DNA of 64,000 bases from contig CM060733.1 in NCBI GenBank assembly GCA_030704615.1, forward strand, positions 53,816,001 through 53,880,000. The letters run 5' to 3'. The DNA is from Takakia lepidozioides. Its lineage: Eukaryota; Plantae; Bryophyta. The position numbers and the translations under genes were made by a program. Below are positions 13,101 to 26,259 of this stretch, in pieces; the stretch's first letter is position 1, and every line of letters starts with the position of its first letter. Below the pieces are notes generated by a model that did no database searches, was not told the origin of the DNA, and was given only the letters and a program-made list of their open reading frames with translations.

Positions 13101-16100
13101 TCCCATCCTAAGGCCACCCTTCTTAAGGAAAAACCAGTTGCAGCATTGCCAGTGGAAATGGCAGAGCCAGAATTCATGTCCCAAAAATGCAGGAGATGAG
13201 AATTCGTCTTAGAAGACCAAAAATTCTTTCGTAAGTTGTAAATAACATTTTTTGGATGAAAATTATTAATAGAGTAGACACAAGGTGTTTTTTTTATTGC
13301 ATTGTAAGGTGGGCACATTTGGCTACTGATGTTGAGCAAGTGAATTCGATAATAAGCCTTTCCAATCATTTTTCTAAACTAACTTTTTGTCTATCAATCT
13401 TCATGGATCCAATTTCGTAACATGCAGCTTAATTCTGCATTCAAGTAAAAAATTTGTTGAGAACGAAAAGGCGTAAGATTGTTATTTGCAGTAAAACTCC
13501 AACATGCATCCAAATTGACCATATTTAGGTCTTAGACAAAGACCAGCAGGTTCGTCAACGTGGTCCATTTACCAATCTCAACCAACGTTGATGAACCAAT
13601 CTCATGTTGTCCACTGATAAGATCATGGTAGAGGGTTAGCATCACTCTTCAATTTCTTATATTAGAGTTGTAGCTCATACTACTCTTGTTCTACATCTTT
13701 GTCCCAAGAAACAAACAACATGGTGATGTTTTTGAGTATCTATTGCTTAAGCCTATGCCACTAGCAGGTGCTCAAGTCTATGTTGCCAAAGTGCTAGCTC
13801 ATCTCTTCTCTTTAACTCTCCAATTTTCTAAAATAGGTTGACTCTCTCTAAAGCCTGTCTTGAAAATAAAATATTCATTAAAGATTATCTGATTTAGATG
13901 TGCACTCCATATTAATATGAGAAAAATCGGCTATCCATGTTACTAAGTAATGTTTTTTTTTCTTGGTAAAAAAACGTCGTTTGGTTATATGGAAAAATGG
14001 GTTGCGGCTGATATGTCACTGCAGAAGTATGGGGGTGAATCAGATATTTTCGCCAAAATCGGCAGATGCAAGGAGGCCCTTTCGCAACAAACTGGCCTCA
14101 TAATTGTCATGTGTCGCTTGCAAATTGCGAGGGTGGTTCTCGATGAAGGGTCAGGATCTTCTTAGGTTTAGGGCACAAGAGTCTGAACGACAACTTCCTC
14201 GCCTCCATCGCCAGCTCTTTCCGCCCGTGTATACTTAATGTTGTTGCCACTACCATAGATGTTGCCGCCACTACCAGGGATGAGTGTAGAGATGAAGAAT
14301 ATTGTGTGATTTTGCGAGTTATGGAGGAGGTGATGGGAATATTGAGAGGCAATGATGGACGGCGGCGCATTTCATCTAGTATGGCAGTGGTATAGCAGAT
14401 AAGTTGTGCATCCCACCCTCTGTTGTGTGTGTTTTGGGTGTTTTTGGGTCAATTTGGTGGTCACAGCTCCGCCACAGTGGTCATGGTGCATGGCTCCATT
14501 AAAAGTACCTTCCAACTTCAAGTATCACTATTTTTTTTCCCGATGATGTCCCTATTGATGCTTTGACTGCCCATACAAGTGAGGAGTCAACTAGCACTGT
14601 AGTCTCAAATCTAGTGTCAGCAACCACTAGGTGGAAGTCTGTCCGAAATTACTGCACTTACGTCTGCAAAACCAGTCGTAACGGACTTTGCGACTAGAGG
14701 GGGCACCAGTGCTAAGAGACTAGTTCATTCGGTCAACACAATGGAGTAGTGTCGAACAAGTTGCTCATGTCACTACTTTAGAATTTTGTGGAGGGGGCAC
14801 GTGGCGTAACCAAGTAGATCGCACGGGTATTCGACTTCGACTTTGATCTGTTTATTGACTTTTGACCGGTGTTATCGACTTCACTAACTCATTAATGTTG
14901 TTGTCGCATGCGCGTGGTATAGCCTCGGGATCGCACGTGACATCCATACATTGTTTTGGATAGCCACGTGTCACACTGGCACTGGAACGTCACACAACAA
15001 CCAAGTTGTTGTATATGACTTGTAGTGATGAATAGCCAATAAGGGAATGTACTAATAAGTCGGCGACTTACGACATGCTATTGTGAGTACTGGATATAAC
15101 TCTAGGAACCACTCAAGCCATCTTTTACTAGCTGGATAGACAATTGGAAGTGGTGGCTATTCAAGTTACATATCAACTATGGGACGTTTATTACATTGGT
15201 TTGTTGTTATTACTGAAGTGCTCTCTCTTTCAGAACAAGAACTCGTAGTGAAATGTGAGAGTTGTTATTGTGACTATTCGAGTTTTTTCTCCTTCAGAGC
15301 CACTACGGTTTACGTTCAGAGCAGCCCGGATCTTCAATAAGTCAATGTATTTACTGCCAAAATTTCTATAAAATAACAAACATAATATTTTATTAATTAA
15401 TAAAAAATCTTTTGTGTTAGGGTGTATTTCTATACTCTTTTTTCAAACACCAACTTGAACTACTGTGGTTAAACATGCTATTTAATCTAGCAATGCATAA
15501 CATGATAACACATCTAAATTGCCTAATCAGATAGAATGTGAAGCATATCGGACAATGCTACATCCTACCCTACCAACCATGAACATTGAAGATCACATGT
15601 AGTACATGAATTAAAGATAGAACGGCCCATGGAACTGACTTGCAAAATTCTACCAAATCTTTTACTTCAAAGCATTATTTGATAATAACATAGGGTGATT
15701 CATATGGATTTGCTCCAACTTTCACTATATACTTAGTGAATGTCAACCTTCCTCAGACTCTTTGTTAGCCACAAAGTGTAACTGCATAGTATGTGCTTAA
15801 GTCTAGTCTGAGGGGGATCATCGCTGATCCAGATGATCATCGCTGGATCATCGCTATTGGGAAAATGTATGACAACATTTGGATGGGTGCAGTCAAGGAC
15901 TTTCACCTTATATCAGCCTGGGCGTGTGTCCTTGTCATGGTACTTGTCTCTACCAAGTAGCCTGGCAACCATTTCAGTCCTCGTTGTGGACGCCTTATGC
16001 ACTTGTCATGAGGGTTCAAGAGATACATTGTCTCTTGCATCTGTAAAGAAAAACAACTAAGGCGTCAACAAAAGTGAAGGGAACCACGACAAATAAAGAA

Positions 16101-16474
16101 AACTGATTAATACAAATAATTGATGGACAACAAACATCAAAAAAAGGTTAAGACCCGAAAAACTATCAGAATCAACAATATGCTGCCCATTGTGAATATT
16201 GTCTCTAAAGGCTATGCCATTGCCATTGTTTAGTTGCCGACCTACCATAGGTACATCACCTGGCAAGGACAATGAGCCATTTTGATACTCCATTGGACGG
16301 GCGTTCCCCTGCTCTTCTGTACGTCCACCCGAACGACCACCATCATGTAGTTTCTGAGAGGATTGATGGGGGGCTGATAGCCCTGCCACTTGGGGACCAT
16401 TTTGCCTTGATTGATCAAGATTCTGCCATACACATGTGTCAGTGTAGCCATCAAATACACAAGTGCTTAACATA

Positions 16475-18210
16475 CTCATCTCATGCTTATCCCTTAACAT
16501 AGTCCTAGCCAAAGAACTACTCACTCACTGATTAAGTCACTGTGACAGTACTAAAATAACATCTTTGAAAATTAATCTCTCTCTAGAAATAAATCATCTT
16601 CCCGAGATTGGAGTCCTCTTCTGTTGGATTATCATAATGCTAAAAGTCCATCAAGATTCCAGGAAGAAAGCATGCAAAAACAAATTAGCTATAGCTGGTA
16701 AAAAATGACAGAATGTTTCAGCAATGACTATACCATTTGCTTAAGGCCTCATATATACAAAGCAGCTGTAAGCCCCGTATCATTTACTTCATGACCTTAC
16801 TCCCGACTCTCTACCTAGCTTGATACAATCTTCTCTCATGCTTATCCCTTGCCATAGTCCTAGCCAAAGAACTATTCACTCACTGATTAGTCACTGTGAC
16901 AGTACTAAAATAACATCTTTGAAAATAAATATATGTGTAGAAACACAGCCTCTTCCCGTGATCTGAGTTCTTCCCTATTGGATTATCATAACTCTAAAAG
17001 TCCATTAAGATTCCAGGAAGAAAGCATGCAAAAGGGAATTAGTTACAGCTGGTCGAAAATGACGGTACCATTTGCTTAAGGCCTCATGTATACAAAGCAG
17101 TTGTAAGCCCTGTGTCATTTACTTCATGACCTTAGTCCCAACTTTCTACCTAGTTTGAAACTCTCCTCTCATGTTTATCCCTTACCATAGTCCTAGCCAA
17201 ACTTCAAATAAGTACTCAATCACGAGTCACTCATTAAGTCACTGTGACAGTACTAAAATAACATCTTTGAAAATTAATACCTCCATAAAAACACAGCTTC
17301 TTCCTATGATCTGACATCCCCTCTGTTTCATAACTTTGAAAGTCCATCAAGATTCTAGGAAGAAAGCATGCAAAGGGAATAAGCTACAACTGGTCAAAAA
17401 TGACAGAACGTTTCAGCAACGACGGTATCATTTGCTTAAGGCCTCATGTATACAAAGCAACTGTAAGCCTCGTGTCATTTACTTCATGACCTTAGTCCCA
17501 ACTCTCTACCTAGTTTTACACAATCCTCTCTCATGTTTATCCCTTACCATAGTGCTAGCCAAAGAACTACTCACTCACTGATTAAGTCACTATGACAATA
17601 CTAAAATAACATCTTTGAAAATAAATATCTCACTAGAAACATAGTCTCTTCCCGCAACCTAAGTTCTCATTTGTTGAATTATCATAATTTTGGAAAGTCC
17701 ATCTAGATTCTAGGAAGAAAGCATGCAAAGGAAATAAGCTACAGCTGGTCAAAAATGACAGAACGTTTCAGCAATGACGGTACCATTTGTTTAAGGCCTC
17801 ATGTATACAAAGCAACTGTAAGCCCCGTGTCATTTACTTCATGACCTTAGTCCTGACACTCTACCTAGCTTGACACAATCATCTCTCATGTTTATCCCTT
17901 ACCATAGTGCTAGCCAAAGAACTACTCACTCACTGATTAAGTCACTATGATAATACTAAATAACATCTTTGAAAATAAATATCTCTCTAGAAACACAGTC
18001 TCTTCCCGTAACCTAAGTTCTCATTTGTTGAATTATCATAATTTTGAAAGTCCATCTAGATTCTAGGAAGAAAACATGCAAAGAGAATAAGCTACAGCTG
18101 GTTGAAAATGACAGAAAGTTTCAGCAATGACTATACCATTTGCTTAAGGCCTCCTGTATACAAAGCAGTTGTATACTTCATGACCTTGGTCTCGACTCTC
18201 TACCTAGCTC
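16475..18210. repeat. Tandem repeat, about 350-bp unit, about 5 copies
   Basis: Unit containing CTCATG(C/T)TTATCCCTT...CTAGCCAAAGAACTACTCACTCACTGATTAAGTCAC...CCATTTGCTTAAGGCCTC recurs at about 16476, 16833, 17165, 17526 and 17881. Confidence 0.9.
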
Positions 18211-18989
18211 TTGTACCAGCATAAGATGGCTGGCCAACTCATCCATCTCCCTATGTCTTTCTCTTTCTCTCTCTCTATCAAATATGAATAACGGTAGTCA
18301 ATGGCACAATCACTCCCTCCATCTTAACGTCCCTTCACCTCTTCCTACTGAAAAGCCATGGCTAGGGCTAGTAGACTAAGAAATAAACCAAACTTGACCT
18401 TGAGACTTCATGTGATTGTGACATTCCATGACACATACTTTGGCTTCGGCAAACACTTGAAGCGCATCACAACACGAAGTGCGGCAGCGAGCTAGAATGA
18501 GAACAAGGCCCAGACTGCGCTCCTCAATGGGATGGGGCTCCTTCATCCCCGATGCCTGAACTCCATATTGTATCTAACACATAGTAGACTTTCCTCGTCC
18601 GCTTAACTAAGAGCTTCACCTTCTCCACTCCCTCTTTTTCCTGAAACACTAGGTGATTTCCGTGCTCTCTTCCCACCCTTCATGTGCTCCCGCACTTAAC
18701 ACACTCACGCACTTCACATCTCTCTCATTCCCGCACCCTGCTCCATACTTCTATCAAAGCATGTCACAACAACAACTTACAATTGGAAACACTGTAGTCA
18801 CTGCAATGCACTTAAGAACATGGATGGTGCGCGAAGGCATGAGATTACTATTTCCTTAAGACTAATATTCTTTCATGTTCGGATAAAGATGTTGTATGTA
18901 TCTGTTGGTAGAGATAGTGTTATGGAACAAGTCATTGCTTCTACTAATGTGGATACCTAAATAAGAAGCTGGTCCAGATTGCTCTCATA

Positions 18990-19892
18990 TTTCATCTTTT
19001 GCCCCATGGTTGTCCAATGGTTGAGTATGAAAACATGCAATCATTGTTTTCCTGAAGGTCCAAAACTACCCTATAGGCTGTCAAGCACTGATTAGATAAT
19101 GTTGGGTAGGAAATGGCTGATTTCAGGGTAAAAATTGTTCTAGCTGCAACTAAGAAGGCCTTCCAGACTGCCAAGTTTGTGTCTTTCTCTGTAGATGAAG
19201 TGACTACGATAGATAACCAGAGCTGGTTGAGTATACATGGCTATGTGGTCAAGAATTGGAAGATGATGCCTATTCTCCTGACCCTTGAGCGTGTGGTTGA
19301 GGGATGCAATGCAGATACTTTAACTCAGATGATTTGGGGTGCATTGATTAACTATGGTGGGCTTATTTAGCATGAGCTTGCACAGAACGCCTCCTTTGCT
19401 TTGGAGCTGATGGAATGCTTGTATTTCAAGGCATAAAGGTTGGAGTTATAGTTCAGCTGAAGTCTCAGTATGTCCCTTACCTGGCGCATTGCAGAGCCTT
19501 TGGATGCTAGGCGATTGGACCTACAACAGTCTCTCTTTAAGTTGATTATGAGAATTCAAGCCAAAAAAGTGATGGCTGATCAATGTGAGGTCAATCCAGT
19601 CGCCAAGCTGTGGAAGCAGCTCTCTAGCAGTCCATTACTGGTTTCAAAAATCTCTGAATTTTTTAAGCTGGCTAAAATGGCTGAAGTGATGGTACTTGGC
19701 AGCGTGGAGGCTGAGCGTATATTTTTCAACTTGGCATTGATAAAAGACAAACTTTGGAATCGATTGGCTAGTCATTTGAATACTAACGTGAGAATGTTTG
19801 CACATGATTTCCACAACCCTACAACATCTCCATTCCAAAAGGCCATCAGCCAATGGCGAACTGATAGGAAGCATATTGCAACATTTGTTTAG
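18990..19892 (+). mobile_element. Internally deleted hAT (ZNF862-like) transposase remnant
   Basis: SFSVDEVTTIDNQSWLSIHGYVV, LCFGADG..VFQG, and a C-terminal dimerisation motif EFFKLAKMAEVMVLGSVEAERIFFNLALIKDKLWNRL; stops, frameshifts and a missing middle section. Confidence 0.85.
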
Positions 19893-21644
19893 ATACTCAG
19901 ATTTATCATGCTTCTTGTTGTGGTGCAACTTGTCACTTGATGGTGACAAGATACTGAAATTTATAGGTTACCTTGGATGCTCTAGGAAGACTATGAACAC
20001 TTAATTTTACCTTACCATGAAAAATGTATTTCTTTTTTGCAAGGATGCGTGGCTAATGTGGTATGTCTCATTTGTTCCCATCCTAATGTATGTGTATGTG
20101 CATTGTGTATTTTCCAATGTTGCTGCAGGTCCATTTTGAGTATGTGTATTTTCTAATATTGCCTCACAGGTCCATTATGCTTTGCAGATCCATTTTGTCA
20201 AAACTTGCACTTGTTCTTAATTCCAAATTACCACTTTGTATAATGTGACAGCGAGTTTAGCATATGTGGGACTTTGACGTATGTCAACCTCTCTAATCAT
20301 TAGCGAAAGCTTTTAAATCATACGCGTACGAGACTTAGCGTGACTGTAGTTATAGAAATTTGCTGATGTTATAAACAGTTTTGTAGATGTTGCTAATGAT
20401 GAAGCACTGAATGTGTAATGATCATGGAGGCACTTTCAGATGAGGTCGAAGGCTACCTTACATTGACCCCATGTATTGTTTCCTCAAAAGTAAGATTCTA
20501 AGAGCTATCATTGGCCCCATCAAAAGGCACACTAAAGATGTTAACACAGATGTTTTATATGCCACATTTGACCATGGTTGTACTTTACAGCTTTCAAATT
20601 GCCAGTGAGAACATGTGTAGGCTAGACAGAGAGGCAAAGAGAAATCATAGTGTAATAGAGTTAACAAGCCTAGGTGATCATTTCAACAAATAAAAGCTTC
20701 TCTTGTAGACTACTAGATGCAGCAATGTTTCAATGGAACCTCCTTGGACATGTTTACAGTTGGTATACTTGTGTTCACAACTACATTACATATTTGTATG
20801 GCTTCCCCCAAATTTTAGTATAATTGTAAATTTCGTTACATCTAATTTTATTTTCTTCATTTGTCTAGAATTAGGTGGGATGGCTAGGTGCTATCTGAAT
20901 AACATATGAGCAATGTCCAGCTCTTGGCACATATAATTCTTTTATGCTCAGAGAACATTTAACCTCATAGGATATCTCTCAATCTCATTCTTCTCTATAG
21001 AAGGAAGATCAACTCTTGGGACAGAGTATGGAGCTACCTAAACTTAAGATCAGTGGACATTGAATTAACATGAAGATTGAATGTATCTTTTGTTTTCATT
21101 AATTTGAATATGTGTTGATCATTTGAATTATTTAATCATTCAAGTTTTTTAGCAATTACATACATAAAGCTATAATAATACTAATTCTTGAAATAACGAT
21201 ACTATGCATACCAACTTTATAATGTCAGCCAAGTGCCAAATACTTTCGCATGAAATTAACATGTATTCCTTAATGACTGAACTATAACATCAATCTTCTC
21301 TTTATAAAAAATTTTAACAAAAAAACAGCAATCTAACACAGATATTGTGAACACGTTGGGAACACATTTTCCTTTATGGTGTTGAGTGAATCTGCAAACC
21401 TAAACTACATGAATGTACTTGCAACATAAAACCGCGCATGATGGACACAATCACAATATGAACATCAATCGCATTATTTTGGTATGATATTTTGTTGCAA
21501 TCATGATGATATCATAATTCTACGACAAATATGGTTTGGATGCAGCACGAATCCCCGAAATTTTGGAAAAAGTGTCGTATTTGTTTTGTATTTATGGCAT
21601 GACAACTTAGAGATGCAGAGCCTTGTTGTGCCCTAAGTTTTAAC

Positions 21645-22112
21645 CAGTGTTGTTCTGGTATGCGGTTTTAGGACATACCTTCCAGACGTATCACACAACT
21701 TTCATACCAGTCTGGTATATATATGGTGGATGTATTTTTTTTTTCCAGATACTGGTTTGAGTATGAGTATCATGACCACAACTTCCAGCTGGTATGAAAT
21801 ATCAATTCTGGTATCATTCCAAGGCCATCTTGAATTACAAGTTTATCAAAGAGCAAGTATCAAGTGAAAACAAATAAAATACACATAAAGTAGTAAATAT
21901 ACATAGTATGTAGGTATATGTACACATAAATTAGCATAGTACACATACTAGAGTAAATGAGGAAGATGGCGGGGGAATACTGGTATTGTGGCTGGTATGA
22001 AAAACTAATACCGCCTGGGTCTGGTATATGACCAAGTATTCTCCCAAATAATACCAGACTAGTCCGGTATCTAATACCAGTGCGTAAACCAGTATATACC
22101 AGTCCAGCATTG
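21645..22112. mobile_element. hAT-type MITE with perfect 8-bp TSD
   Basis: Imperfect TIRs CAGTGTTGTTCTGGTAT / ATACCAGTCCAGCATTG; identical flanks GTTTTAAC at 21637-21644 and 22113-22120; CTGGTAT/ATACCAG subterminal repeats. Confidence 0.85.
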
Positions 22113-23094
22113 GTTTTAACAGAGAAATGGTTTTTTTCTTCTTCTTTTGTCTTTGTTTCTTTTTTTGTTTTCGGGTTCTCTCTCCAAAATGGAATAACCT
22201 GGAGAGACCGCTCAGGCCCTTTAATGACAGTGAGAGGAGACAGTAACCTCTTCCAAAATCTCCTCACCATGAGGCGTTGTATGTTGATTCTTGCTGAAGT
22301 AATCATCGTTTTTGGCATCAAGTAAAATTATTGTTTTGTGGTTCACATGTAATTCTAACATGGATTGTTAGAATTTCACTAGAAGATCTTTGAATGGATG
22401 GATGATGTTGTTAGGAGTCGCATTGGATTTTAACCTATTAGATTTTTAAAGAAAATTCTTGTATTTTATTTTTTCAAAGAAACACTTGGCAATGACTGCT
22501 CACTCGTCCATCAAATCAGACCCCTTAAAATTGGTGAGAGGAGAGAATAATCTCTATCAAAGTAACCTTGCCCCGTGCGAGAAGCCCACAGAGGATTTGA
22601 ACGCCGATAATCACTTGGGTGGCACTTATCCAACTGAGCTAGCGACTGGCAATGGTCAATCAGGCTATCAACATTGCAATGCAGTTTATTCAAGTTTATG
22701 TATATTACAGGTAAATGGGAAGCCCACCCAATGTTTTAAGAAAAAGATTAAAGTTTGGGAAAAAAAAAAAACCTTATTTGATTACACTAGTAGGCGATTT
22801 GGTGGAATTAAATAATTTTTGAAAATACCAACAAGTTTGAAAAATTAATAATTTTTACAAAGCCAAATCAAAGTTCCCATGACATAAGAGAAATTTGATC
22901 CTAAGGTGTGTATTGACCAATCGAGAAGACTTGCACTAGATCTTGTCAAGTCACGTTACTCTCAATTTAGCTTGTGGGGTCCGATCAGGCCGCCAGCTAC
23001 AGCCGAAACCATTCAATAAAAGAAAAAGAAGAAACAACCCCAAAAACAGTCAAGTACAGTAATAATTGTAATAGTAATAATATTTCCCTTTTTC

Positions 23095-23128
<34 letters not shown>

Positions 23129-25615
23129 ATAGTAATATCGCATGGTGGGATAGGTACATCAAGTATGATCGTGGTGCGTACGTACTTGTGATACTCAACA
23201 GCTACATTCATCCACCCACTCATCTAATAGTGTCAAAATCACTATCAGAATTGTGATGCCCTTTTGACATACATTAACAAATAGACATTAACAGCCAGAA
23301 ATAGCCTGCCAGCTCATATCCACTGGGAAGTCTCTGCCTCACAAAATGATGATTTTCCGTCAGCTGCTAAGTGTTTGAAGTGACCTCTCTAAAGTTTCCC
23401 TGCTTCCAAAGATAGATATGGTTGGATTCTTCTCCTACTAACTAGAGTTGGATTCTGGCCGTAATTTCTAGTGACATATTCTGAATTCGGAATATGTCAC
23501 TGGACATTCCACACACATATTCCCACTACGTCCTTATCTTTTACAAGTGAATGGGAATTTTTTTATTGTCTTTTAAAGGGTTCTCAGTGAACACGTCCCC
23601 TACTGCTCACTATTTTCCTTTGTTATCCTGAGGGCATTAATCCGCACAATGACCTCCGTCGTCTCTGGGTGATTTCCTTGGGCGGAGGTGGAACAATGTC
23701 CCTAAGTTTCCTTTCCGAGTCAGCAACTGAAAAGGATGTAAAACAATATATCAGCAGGTTTCCAGGGGCAGCGTCACTAAAGCATCTTGAGGAGATTCCT
23801 CGATTTTCGAACCTGCCAGAAGGTCGGTGTGTTTTTATGGGATTATGTTTCTATTATCTCATTCAGGAATTGTTTTTCCAATAAACATTTAAGACTCCTT
23901 AGGCAGATGCTTAACACTACCTATTCGATAGTCGATTCTGTCCAGAATCGCGACCTTTTTCCGCGGGCATATAAATGGCCCTTTATCGTGGTCAGAATCC
24001 ACTACCTACTGACACATTACGTGATGTATGAGCCCAGTACGCTGCCCACCTCAGACGGGTCGCCAACTTTTCAACTTTTCTGGGCAGGCAACTTTTTGGG
24101 TAGAATGTCGTCTGCCGGCCCATTCCATAGTACGTAATGCCATGTGCTCACTTTCTGTTTGAATTCTAGTTCTTCATCAACGAACTAAGTAGCACATGAC
24201 CTTTCCGCTACATGGCCACCCAATCTCGGACTGCCAAGTACAACATGCACCTCCCCACGAGATTACGTCCGAAATCTGTCGATCTCTCATTCGTGCTTGG
24301 GGCCACGTGAGGCAAGGCTCCCGCCTCGACCCCAGAGCTGGGCACACAACGGACGGCGCCCTCGTGTCAGTCGAAGGCTCGCGGACGAGAGTGACCAGTA
24401 CAAATCATCACAAGGGTGCAGGGGTGGGCAGCCAATGAGGAGGCACAGCTGCCATCCACCCACGTGCGCGCATCGCTCGCGGCATCCAGAGCAACCCAAT
24501 CATGTGGCCGCCAATCGCCATCCATCGGTATACGCTAGTGCTTGCGTGGCATTATCCCATAATGGTTGCACGTAACTGCCCCCCCTCTGACGCCCCATTT
24601 AAGATCCGGGAGCCGACCAAGGACTGCCGTCGCCGGGCCCGACATGCGCGACGCCCCGGCGTCCAGTCACGTATGAGAATCGAGATCGTTCGCCACGTGC
24701 CCGCACCTGGCCCCACAATATCCGGGGGGAAAACCCACGCAAAGTGACGGTGCGAGGTGTGGGCAGGGCAGGGCATGGGCGGGCCGTATGTGGATAGGCC
24801 CGTCAGTCCGTGCTGCCCGTATTTCGGGTCCGGGCAGACCGTTGGGTGAGAGTGACGGCGTCGCAGGGTCGACCACAATAAAACAGCGATGGCGATGGGA
24901 TGTGGGCGACGGCGATGTGCACATGGCAACCGGTCCTACCCAGCGCTGTCTCCCAATCATCGTCCACCTGTCACGTGGACGCACACCTGTTCCGTGTGGA
25001 ATCGGCATTTGAGGTTTCCAATTATTCGAACTTATGTGTACTTAATTTATTTTATTTTTTGGCCCCAGCAAGGTGGCTTTAAGTTCACTTTAAATAATAC
25101 TTACAATAATTTTGAAGCGTAATATTTAGTGGTAGAATTCTAATTTATTTTAAGGAAAATGGAACGGTCAGGGGGCACTTTTGAAGTTTCTGAATTTCCT
25201 ATGTGTTGTTTTTCCTTTGAACCATGCCTGGTTTGGGTTTGAAACACCTAAAATGGATCATTTAAGAAATGTGTGCAGTTTCAGGTGTGCAGTGTCGTCG
25301 TGTATATTTTTCTGATGTGGGCACATAGAAATGAAATTTAATGCAAAAAAATAAAAAATAAAAAAATAAAATCCGAATTATTTTGTAATATTGGTGAATA
25401 TTTAATGTGAAATCATGGAATAACCTTGAATGGATTAGTAGGGGGTACTATTTCGAACAACAAGTACACTTTGTCTGGAGCCAAAGGTGCCCAAAAAGTG
25501 TGCATCCTCTTTCACTTTAGTGATTAAACAACATAGTTACATAGACCATGTCAATCAACTAACATACCGTAACCTCCCACCTTAAAGAAACCGGAGCTCA
25601 AGGTCCATTTGGATT

Positions 25616-25695
25616 AAACTCAATCTTGATCGTTGAACTAGGTGAAACTCAATCTTGATCGTTGAACTAGGTGAAACTCAATTGGGATCGTTGAT
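25616..25695. repeat. Short tandem repeat, 29-bp unit, about 2.5 copies
   Basis: AAACTCAATCTTGATCGTTGAACTAGGTG repeated. Confidence 0.75.
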
Positions 25696-26259
25696 CACGG
25701 AATGTGATCCCCTCTCCTACATGTTAGGATTTGTTCTTCTTGTCAAGTGCGCACCGGTGATTATTAACTTGTCCATTAAGTGGTGTCATCGCGATCATGT
25801 ATGAGTTAAAAGGGTTCATTGGAGTTCCATTGTGGCCCACCACATGACCTAATTCGGACCACTTGTGATCAAAGCACCTTTTAAAGATGGCATATGGTTA
25901 ATTTTATGTATTTTTCTAGGGGGTCCGTTTTGGGTACCACTCCATTTTAGGTGTTTCTACCTTAGGTTGTAGTATAACAATCGAAAATATAAGGTCTTGC
26001 ACTTCAGTTATAAATTTTTTACCCCTAATGATTCCAAATAATATTAGTAATGGTGGTACCATCTCACTCTATGTGCCACCGTTCTCAGAATAATTGTCGG
26101 AAATAATTCATGAGTTTGAACCCGAACCTTTTATTAAGAAACATGTTCCCAGCTGGTGTAAAAAGGAAACACAATAACTCCTCAAGTGTGATCTCCTCTC
26201 TTTCTCTCTCTCTCTCCTTCTCTCATGCCTGAGTTTTAAGGGTCTAATAGTTTGTTGCC

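Noticed and set aside
12780-13620. Decayed LINE ORF1 on the minus strand
   Set aside because: Only a faint IGKAYYRIHL resemblance; too weak to call.
11281-15426. Large TIR element bounded by TACACCCTA / TAGGGTGTA
   Set aside because: Only 9 bp of inverted match over 4 kb; compatible with chance.
16734-16765. Tandemly repeated micro-exon in the 350-bp array
   Set aside because: AG/GT-bounded 32-nt segment, but it is not a multiple of three and the acceptor is lost in two of five units.
24190-25010. Cluster of ORFs in a GC-rich patch
   Set aside because: Overlapping ORFs in many frames reflect GC content; no recognisable domain.
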